Assembly: GCF_900096565.1 (NCBI RefSeq)
Contig: NZ_FMYP01000029.1
Span: 22,789 to 46,788 of the forward strand
DNA length: 24,000 bases
From: Williamwhitmania taraxaci
GTDB taxonomy: Bacteria > Bacteroidota > Bacteroidia > Bacteroidales > Williamwhitmaniaceae
Direction of reading: 5' to 3'
A model generated the notes under the pieces. It made no database searches. It saw nothing but the letters and a program-made list of their open reading frames with translations, and was not told the origin of the DNA. This document shows positions 10,242 through 16,386 of the stretch, in pieces. The first letter of the stretch is position 1, and every line of letters begins with the position of its first letter. The position numbers and the translations under genes were made by a program.

Positions 10242-11129
10242 ATGGGGCAAACCGAAAATACGGATAGCGTTGCCAAAGATGCTTCCGCCAACTTTATCGA
10301 CGTTGAAGGCCTTATTGCCAAGAAGAGTCCGAAGCTTTTAAAGATGCTCCCCAAATGGTTGATTCGCTACCTTAAGCGAATCGTGCATCAGGACGATTTG
10401 AACGGCATGATCCGCCGTCTGGGACACCTTCAAGACATTGAGTTTGTAAACGCTTGCCTTGCCGACATGGGGATAAGCTACACCGCACAGGGGCTGGAGA
10501 ACCTACCCGCCAATGGTCGATTCATATTCGCCTCCAACCACCCGCTTGGGGGCCTCGATGGCTTAATTCTGCTTAGCGAAATGCAAAAGCACTTCCCCGA
10601 TATAAAGTTCGTGGTAAACGATCTGCTCATGAACCTCGATCAGCTTTCGGGGCTCTTTGTCCCTGTAAATAAGCATGGCGGGCAAAACATCGACTACGTA
10701 CGCCGCATTGAGAATACCTACGCCTCCACGGCGCAAGTTCTTTACTTCCCCGCCGGCCTTTGCTCCCGCCGAATTGGCACCGCTATCATGGACTTGGAGT
10801 GGAAGAAGAGTTTTGTGTCCAAGGCAATAAAGCACCAGCGCGACATAGTACCTATATTCTTTGAGGGACGCAACTCCAATTTTTTCTACAATTTGGCGCG
10901 CGTTCGCAAATTCTTCGGCATCAAAGCGAACATTGAGATGCTTTACCTTGTTGATGAAATGTTTCGGCAAAAGGGAAAGGCCATAAACCTTATTGTAGGT
11001 GAACCAATCCCTTACACCACTTTTACTAAGGAAAAAACGCCCCAGGATTGGGCTCTCTTTATACGAAAAAAGGCTTATGCGCTAAAGAACTCCGGCAAAA
11101 AACAGCAGCGGTTCAATGATGGCGTATAA
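10242..11129 (+). CDS. PlsC-family lysophospholipid/lyso-lipoamino-acid O-acyltransferase (GlsA/OlsA-like)
   Basis: Acyltransferase block I (FASNHPLGGLDG, an NHx..D type) and block III-like YFPAGLCSRR (cf. FPEGTR). Immediately followed by a GNAT/OlsB-like gene. Confidence 0.7.
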   Translation: MGQTENTDSVAKDASANFIDVEGLIAKKSPKLLKMLPKWLIRYLKRIVHQDDLNGMIRRLGHLQDIEFVNACLADMGISYTAQGLENLPANGRFIFASNHPLGGLDGLILLSEMQKHFPDIKFVVNDLLMNLDQLSGLFVPVNKHGGQNIDYVRRIENTYASTAQVLYFPAGLCSRRIGTAIMDLEWKKSFVSKAIKHQRDIVPIFFEGRNSNFFYNLARVRKFFGIKANIEMLYLVDEMFRQKGKAINLIVGEPIPYTTFTKEKTPQDWALFIRKKAYALKNSGKKQQRFNDGV

Positions 11130-11162
11130 ATAAAAAAGTTACATTTGACAAATTTCAATACT

Positions 11163-12125
11163 ATGCAACCACTAATTGCCCCAGTGGACAACTCCCTCAT
11201 CATTAAGGAACTTACACGGGAAAAATTTCTTCGCAGAACAAACAACGGTGGAAATAAACTGTACATTGTAACCGCACACGACTCGCCCAACATTATGCGC
11301 GAAATTGGTCGCTTGCGCGAGCTCACCTTCCGCGTAGCTGGCGGAGGAACCGGATTGAGTATGGATATCGACGAATTCGATACCAGCGAAAACCCCTACA
11401 AGCAACTTATCGTTTGGGATCCAAAAGATAGGGAGATACTGGGCGGCTATCGCTTCCACGTGCTTCATCATAAGGACGATCACATGAACATAGCTACTTC
11501 GGAGCTATTTTCCTTTACCGATAAATTCTTGGAGGGATACCTTCCTCATATGATAGAGTTGGGCCGCAGCTTTGTGCAGCCAAACTACCAAAGCACCGGC
11601 CGCATTAGCAAGGGAATGTGGGCCTTGGATAACCTCTGGGATGGCTTAGGTGCCCTCACGGTGGAATACCCCGAAATTAAATACTTCTTTGGCAAGGTTA
11701 CCATGTACCGCTCATACCACATGGAGGCGCGAAACTATATCCTTTACTTCCTCGACAAATACTTTGCCGATAGGGAAAACCTCGTAATCCCAAACTTCCC
11801 CATCGAGCTCGACATCAACCAAGAGGAGATGCAAAAGGTATTTATTGGCAACACCTACCAAGAGGACTACATTATCCTCAACAAGACGGTGCGTGGCTTG
11901 GGCGAAAACATTCCTCCACTCATCAACGCCTACATGAACCTCTCCCCCTCCATGAAGGTGTTTGGCACCGTGCTAAACCCTCACTTTGGCGATGTAGAGG
12001 AGACGGGGATTCTGCTCACCATAAGCGATATTTACGCCAAGAAGCTCGATCGGCACGTGAAAACGTTCCTCCGTAGGCCACGATTCTTGGACCGACTGAA
12101 AAGCAAAAAAGATTCCATTAGATAG
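11163..12125 (+). CDS. GNAT-fold hemolysin-like N-acyltransferase (OlsB/GlsB-like lipoamino-acid synthase)
   Basis: 320 aa from the ATG at 11163. It contains ELGRSFVQPNYQ, the OlsB/Acetyltransf_5-type core I recall for amino-acid N-acyltransferases. Paired with a PlsC-like gene, as in ornithine-lipid and glycine-lipid loci. Family assignment is from memory of motifs, not a search. Confidence 0.6.
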   Translation: MQPLIAPVDNSLIIKELTREKFLRRTNNGGNKLYIVTAHDSPNIMREIGRLRELTFRVAGGGTGLSMDIDEFDTSENPYKQLIVWDPKDREILGGYRFHVLHHKDDHMNIATSELFSFTDKFLEGYLPHMIELGRSFVQPNYQSTGRISKGMWALDNLWDGLGALTVEYPEIKYFFGKVTMYRSYHMEARNYILYFLDKYFADRENLVIPNFPIELDINQEEMQKVFIGNTYQEDYIILNKTVRGLGENIPPLINAYMNLSPSMKVFGTVLNPHFGDVEETGILLTISDIYAKKLDRHVKTFLRRPRFLDRLKSKKDSIR

Positions 12126-12148
12126 TTCGTTTTACCACAAAAACGACA

Positions 12149-12183
12149 GAGGGCCGCTCCGCAAGGGGGGGCCCTCACTTTTT
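12149..12183 (+). terminator. Rho-independent terminator of the acyltransferase operon
   Basis: GAGGGCC (12149-12155) pairs with GGCCCTC (12170-12176). The inner CUCC/GGGG pairs close a GCAA tetraloop. A T-run follows at 12179-12183, 24 nt after the stop codon. Confidence 0.7.
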
Positions 12184-12334
12184 ATAGGTGATAGTTAAAG
12201 GACAATTATGCTCCAAATGCGTGTCTGCTGCCGAGGAGTATTTGTTCCGAAAAGAGCGCTTAAAACCACCTTTTTGGAGAGTACTCCAATCGGACGGTTC
12301 CTTTTTTAAATCGGGGCGTATCGTTTACCTAAAA

Positions 12335-12366
12335 GGACCGCCCCTTTTTGGGAAAAGGGGCGGTCC
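12335..12366. terminator. Perfect 14-bp GC-rich hairpin, probable bidirectional terminator
   Basis: GGACCGCCCCTTTT (12335-12348), loop TGGG, AAAAGGGGCGGTCC (12353-12366). A-run on the left and T-run on the right. Lies in a convergent intergenic region. Confidence 0.6.
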
Positions 12367-12377
12367 GATTTTAAAAA

Positions 12378-12409
12378 GGGGCGTATCGTTTTCGAAAACG
12401 GAACGCCCC
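12378..12409 (-). terminator. Terminator hairpin directly downstream of the HU-like gene
   Basis: GGGGCGT..ACGCCCC encloses the palindrome CGTTTTCGAAAACG. On the minus strand it is followed by a U-run (plus-strand TTTTAAAAA at 12369-12377). It begins 22 nt after the HU stop. Confidence 0.6.
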
Positions 12410-12431
12410 GTTTGAATATTAGCAAAAACGG

Positions 12432-12812
12432 CTATGACTTTTCGTACTTTAGGGTGGCGATCATGTCGCGGAGATCGGTTCCGGGGCGGAAGGTAATCTT
12501 GGCATCGCGAATCATGGAGGAGTGGAATTTCTCCGAGCTCTCGGCTCCCTCGCTCGAGATGCCCACCTGGAACGAACCAAAGTCGCCAAGCCGAACAATC
12601 TTCCCTTGCGACAGCTCCTGCACGAGCATTTGCACAAAGGTATCGATTACCGCCACCACATCGGCGGGATTGACGGTAGAGCGCGCCGAGATATCGGTCT
12701 TTAAGGTTTTGAGGCTTACCTCGCCCGTGCTCACTGCCTGGGCATAAAACTTTTTGAGTGCTTGCCGGTCTTGTGGATTTGCCCGCTCCACCAGCACATA
12801 CTTAACTGGCAT
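12432..12812 (-). CDS. HU-family (Bacteroidetes HU_2-like) DNA-binding protein
   Basis: 126 aa. The core KIVRLGDFGSFQV resembles the HU/IHF beta-arm entry motif (GfGtF). The overall layout matches the histone-like proteins common in Bacteroidia. GC content is host-like. Confidence 0.7.
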   Translation of the reverse strand: MPVKYVLVERANPQDRQALKKFYAQAVSTGEVSLKTLKTDISARSTVNPADVVAVIDTFVQMLVQELSQGKIVRLGDFGSFQVGISSEGAESSEKFHSSMIRDAKITFRPGTDLRDMIATLKYEKS

Positions 12813-12954
12813 AGGATTAAAATTAGGTTAGTAAATAATTTTAACTGATTGTCTAAAAAGACAAAACCAAGTTACAAAACCATCCATATACGAAGGGCAT
12901 TTTTACCAGTTTTTTGACGAACGGAAAAGGTGGGGCATATGAAGAGGGCGAGAA

Positions 12955-14214
12955 TTATCCAAAATACTGGCTTAGATTAGTTGGGGTTGCAACTATCTTA
13001 TCAATTAGATCATTGTTTACAATCCAAAGTTCATAACGTTCAATGTCGCAATCATAGTTATTTTTAAGTATGCTATGATTTAACTCAAGCCGTAACCAAT
13101 ACTTTGTAAGTTCGTGATCTATTCTAAGTAATTCATTTATATCTTTAGTCTCTGCTTTAATCTTTTCTTTAAAGATTAAAAGGCATGGCCGCTCAATAGT
13201 TAATGAACCAATGATGTCTACAAGAACATACTTCCCATTATCTTGTGGTATTAACAAATCTACTTGACTATAAACTTTCCTGGCATCGTCCTTTATAAAT
13301 AGATTGAATAGTAAACTATCACGATCGATATACTCTTTCAATAATCTATTCAAAACTGAATGCGAAATGATTCTTCTATTTTTGCCCTTTGTGCTCAGAT
13401 AGAGAAATGCAGCATGATGTAATCTACTACCTGATTGCCTTTCTTTCTCGAAAGAATCTGATTGAAAACTAAATTTATCATCCTCTTCAAGCATTTTCAT
13501 TGAAGATCGATAATCTGGGTAATGGTCAGAAAATTCATCAACATTAATGCCAGCATCTTTGCTTAATGTTTGATGTTTAACTGTTATTTCATCGTAAAGA
13601 AAAGACAAGGAATCAAGGGGAATAAACTCTTCACTATATGTTCCTTTTCGGGTATTGTACCAGCCACATTTAATCTTAATAGAAGAAACTTCTTTAATCA
13701 AACAGTTTTCCAACTTTGTATCATATAACTTAGGACTGTCTACCTTTTCAAACCCTTTTACAAAAAACAATGGCGAAATAAATCGATTAATGTAACGTGA
13801 CTTACTCGGTTCCATCTCATTTGCAAATTGTTTCATTACCTCAATAACTCTTGTTTTCAGGGTCAATACAGTTCCTAAGGATAAAGATTCAATGTTCACA
13901 GAAGAAATATGATGCTGAAATTGAGTTAAGTGAGGTTCCAGAAACCAAGCATCCTTTACCTGACCCAATTCAAAATCAAACCATTGGCATAAATATTTAT
14001 TGTGAGAACTCACCTGTTTCGAGGTTTTTTCATCAAAAATATGCTCTGGTTTAGGATTGTGATTAACTTCTATCACCAGCATAAACGGCGCATCAAACTC
14101 TTTGCTGTTATGATTACCTAAAGCCCAATTACCCGCTTGATTTAAATTAGGATGAGAAGTAATTGCAACTATATCACCGATTTCAAAAATAGGTTTGATA
14201 TTTTTTGTTTCCAT
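12955..14214 (-). CDS. Uncharacterised protein (419 aa from the ATG at 14214; 436 aa if the TTG at 14265 is used). Divergent partner of the reverse transcriptase, with two tandem ~95-aa repeats and a distinct C-terminal domain.
   Basis: A long uninterrupted ORF in very AT-rich DNA, where stops are frequent. Internal repeat: KQVSSHNKYLCQWFD versus KEVSSIKIKCGWYN, each preceded by a G-[DT]-[IV]-[VL] strand and an [AS]P-hydrophobic strand. No signal peptide or TM helix. No family motif recognised. Confidence 0.75.
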   Translation of the reverse strand: METKNIKPIFEIGDIVAITSHPNLNQAGNWALGNHNSKEFDAPFMLVIEVNHNPKPEHIFDEKTSKQVSSHNKYLCQWFDFELGQVKDAWFLEPHLTQFQHHISSVNIESLSLGTVLTLKTRVIEVMKQFANEMEPSKSRYINRFISPLFFVKGFEKVDSPKLYDTKLENCLIKEVSSIKIKCGWYNTRKGTYSEEFIPLDSLSFLYDEITVKHQTLSKDAGINVDEFSDHYPDYRSSMKMLEEDDKFSFQSDSFEKERQSGSRLHHAAFLYLSTKGKNRRIISHSVLNRLLKEYIDRDSLLFNLFIKDDARKVYSQVDLLIPQDNGKYVLVDIIGSLTIERPCLLIFKEKIKAETKDINELLRIDHELTKYWLRLELNHSILKNNYDCDIERYELWIVNNDLIDKIVATPTNLSQYFG

Positions 14215-14215
14215 T

Positions 14216-14249
14216 TTTGTTTTAAAGGTAGAAATAATAGTTACTTTTG
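14216..14249 (+). promoter_or_regulatory. Candidate Bacteroidetes promoter (TTTG-N22-TACTTTTG) driving the RT leader and RT gene
   Basis: TACTTTTG at 14242-14249 is the only exact TAnnTTTG match on the plus strand between 14215 and 14640. A TTTG -33-like element lies at 14216-14219; the spacing is 22 nt against a consensus of 19-21. The predicted TSS is near 14255. Confidence 0.45.
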
Positions 14250-14383
14250 GTTGGGTTGGAGCCAATTATTTAAAGTGTTGCAGTTAATTGCGTCAATGTA
14301 TTGAAGGTTCTTTTTATAATTTTCAATCAACTATTAGCAACGGTTAATAGGGAGAAGAGTTAATGTAATTTCGGACATTCCCA

Positions 14384-14401
14384 AATTCATTCGAATGAAT
14401 T
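14384..14401. promoter_or_regulatory. Perfect 18-nt palindrome AATTCATTCGAATGAATT in the RT upstream region (operator or RNA hairpin)
   Basis: Read directly; it is self-complementary over all 18 positions. It lies between the predicted promoter (14242-14249) and the first possible RT start (14443). Confidence 0.4.
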
Positions 14402-14442
14402 GGTGAATTTCCTTGAGCATTAGGCCAAGCATGTAATCTATT

Positions 14443-16227
14443 ATGCACTCTAGAAGTAATTCTACAGGAATCATAGATGACACTGCTATCAGCAAGGCTA
14501 GGTTAGTATTTATCACTATCATGGTTTTCTGCAAAGTCAAAATTGACCCAGTATTCAATTACTTGGATAGTGGCGCACTAGAAATAGGTATGCAACATTT
14601 ATTTACAACACTGGGGTTGGCTCCTCCCATCTTTTTACAAAATGAAATGAAACCCAATAAGGATTGGTTTAAGCCTAAAGGCTATCTTCATCTCGATGAT
14701 AAGATTACATTCGACCAACGCAACTTGATCCAGCGAAAGGTATCGAACGTAAGTTTTGTGGGTAATCATGCTTTCCTACCCCTCCTATATAAAACAGTAA
14801 CTCAGAGAAAGTATAAAAAGATAAAACAACCAAATGGAATCGTTAGACGCAGCCATACGGAAATAAAAAACGGTAAGGTTATTCCCACCAAAAAAGTCAG
14901 GCCAATAATGTATGCATCACACCTCGATGCTCAAATTTATGCCTACTATGCCAATAAAGTTCTGGGTGAGAAATATGAAAAATTACTTAAACAGACGCAC
15001 GCACTAAGCAACTGCATTTGTGCCTACCGAAAAATCCCTTCGGATGATGGAACGAAGAAGAAGAATAATATAAGTTTTGCCCACGATGCCTTTCAGGAAA
15101 TAAAGCGAAGAGGCGAATGTGCTGCCATCGCACTTGACATTGAAAGTTTTTTTAGCTCGCTCGACCATGTCGTTTTGAAACATCAATGGTGCCAACTACT
15201 TGGCAAATCGATTTTGCCCAAAGATCATTACAATATCTTCAAATCAATTACCCGTTTCCATTATATTAACATTAATGACTTTAAAACAACGCATAATGGA
15301 TTTGACGAAGCCCATATTGCTGAGTTAAGAAAGAAAGGAATCCACTCCTTTCTGGAATCGCCCAAAGAGTTGCAAGAACTCATTCGCACTAAGCAAATTC
15401 TAGTTCACAAAAATCAATTCGTAAGAAAGAAAGAGGCTGTAAATGTATTGGTTGGCATACCACAAGGGCTTGCTATAAGTGCAATGCTTGCCAACATCTA
15501 TATGTATGCCTTCGATAAAATGATATATGAGGAGCTGGTTTTGAAACGAGGCGTATTTTATAGAAGGTATTCGGATGATATTGTTCTTGTATGTGAAACA
15601 GATGAACGCAATGAGGTTTTATCTTTTGTGATGGATGCAATTCGAGGCAAAGAAACTCAATTAACTATCTCCGAGAAAAAAACTGAAGTGTCTACTTTCA
15701 AAAAGGAATTTGTCGGTAAAGAAGAACGACTACAGGTATATAGGGAAGAGACAGGAACTCCCAGATATAATGTACCTTTCGTTTACCTTGGTTTTGAGTT
15801 CTACGGTTATCAAACCCTAATAAAGTCAGCCAACCTTGCAAAATACTATCGCAGATTAAAGGATTCAATTCGAAGAGCAAGCCGTAGAGCAGACAGAAAA
15901 AAGGAGAGAGACCTTTCTGACGAAAAAATTCTCTTTAAGACAAAATTGTTTCGCCAATTAACCTTTAAGGGAAGGAAGACAAGAATGCTAAAGATCAAAC
16001 GATCAAAACGTATTAAGGATATGTTTGGCAACTGGCAGTATATAGTAGAAGAGTCTCCGCGAAAATACCGAGGGAATGTCTTTAGGTATGTGTATAATGC
16101 AGCCAATGAGATGAACGCCCCTGAAATAAAAAGACAGTACAGGAATCATTGGTCAATAATGGAAAAAACGGTTAATGCATACAATTTTGTGAACACTAAA
16201 CTAAATCAAGAGAAAAAGACATCGTAA
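14443..16227 (+). CDS. Reverse transcriptase (RNA-directed DNA polymerase), stand-alone Abi/UG-like type. The start is uncertain; alternative ATGs are at 14590 and 14647.
   Basis: All RT blocks are present. These are KVRPIMYASHLDAQIY (motifs 1/2), CAYRK, AIALDIESFFSSLDH (motif A, Asp at nt 15136-15138) and GIPQGLAISAMLANIYM (motif B). The remainder are YRRYSDDIVLV (motif C, YSDD at nt 15568-15579), LTISEKKTEV and FVYLGFEF. A basic helical thumb-like tail follows (RGNVFRYVYNAA). Confidence 0.92.
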   Translation: MHSRSNSTGIIDDTAISKARLVFITIMVFCKVKIDPVFNYLDSGALEIGMQHLFTTLGLAPPIFLQNEMKPNKDWFKPKGYLHLDDKITFDQRNLIQRKVSNVSFVGNHAFLPLLYKTVTQRKYKKIKQPNGIVRRSHTEIKNGKVIPTKKVRPIMYASHLDAQIYAYYANKVLGEKYEKLLKQTHALSNCICAYRKIPSDDGTKKKNNISFAHDAFQEIKRRGECAAIALDIESFFSSLDHVVLKHQWCQLLGKSILPKDHYNIFKSITRFHYININDFKTTHNGFDEAHIAELRKKGIHSFLESPKELQELIRTKQILVHKNQFVRKKEAVNVLVGIPQGLAISAMLANIYMYAFDKMIYEELVLKRGVFYRRYSDDIVLVCETDERNEVLSFVMDAIRGKETQLTISEKKTEVSTFKKEFVGKEERLQVYREETGTPRYNVPFVYLGFEFYGYQTLIKSANLAKYYRRLKDSIRRASRRADRKKERDLSDEKILFKTKLFRQLTFKGRKTRMLKIKRSKRIKDMFGNWQYIVEESPRKYRGNVFRYVYNAANEMNAPEIKRQYRNHWSIMEKTVNAYNFVNTKLNQEKKTS

Positions 16228-16348
16228 TCTACGCAGCATTCATATATAACTTTCCTCGCAAATTGGCGTTCTTCTGCCTTTACTTCCTTTCCACTAGAAT
16301 TAATCAATATCCGAAACTTCATATACGTCCAAGCCTACCACATCATAT

Positions 16349-16386
16349 AAAAAAACCCCCAAGGATTGCACCTTGGGGGTTTGTTG
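16349..16386. terminator. Bidirectional rho-independent terminator shared by the RT gene (+) and purF (-)
   Basis: A7 run, then CCCCCAAGG (16356-16364), loop ATTGCA, CCTTGGGGG (16371-16379), then TTTGTTG. It lies between convergent genes. Confidence 0.75.

Noticed and set aside
12188-12415. 75-aa ORF in the convergent spacer
   Set aside because: It has a GTG start and is made up largely of the terminator hairpins and GC-rich repeats, giving a repetitive Gly/Pro/Lys-rich translation. No promoter box is present. It is most likely a non-coding spacer.
13851-16106. Short antisense ORFs inside the island genes (13851-14054, 15004-15195, 15698-15880, 15846-16106)
   Set aside because: These are shadow frames of the partner and RT ORFs, with no motifs. 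They could matter only if RT products or antisense transcripts are demonstrated experimentally.
16132-16149. R-x4-H (RQYRNH) near the RT C-terminus as a HEPN RNase motif, by analogy with AbiA
   Set aside because: This is a single six-residue match in an Arg/Lys-rich tail and is expected by chance. Nothing else supports a HEPN fold. It is worth checking only through profile or structure searches.
14443-16227. RT as the intron-encoded protein of a group II intron
   Set aside because: No endonuclease or HNH domain follows the thumb-like region. The active site is YSDD rather than the usual YADD. I see no GUGYG-like 5' end and no domain V/VI-type GC-rich hairpins flanking the ORF; the flanks are AT-rich with only short weak stems. 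The ORF has a bounded promoter and terminator like an ordinary gene.
14215-16227. Retron (msr-msd plus RT)
   Set aside because: The RT is nearly twice retron size. It lacks the retron-typical VTG motif after motif 7 and the NAxxH signature. By eye I find no long a1/a2 inverted repeats bracketing a candidate msr-msd in the upstream 230-430 nt. This cannot be fully excluded without a covariance-model scan.
12885-16327. Short matching words at the island flanks as att sites or terminal repeats. CATATACG occurs at 12885-12892 and 16320-16327 (direct). ATATGAAG at 12937-12944 matches CTTCATAT at 16317-16324 (inverted).
   Set aside because: These are only 8-mers in AT-rich sequence, and roughly one such match is expected by chance between two ~150-bp flanks. 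No integrase or transposase is available to use them.
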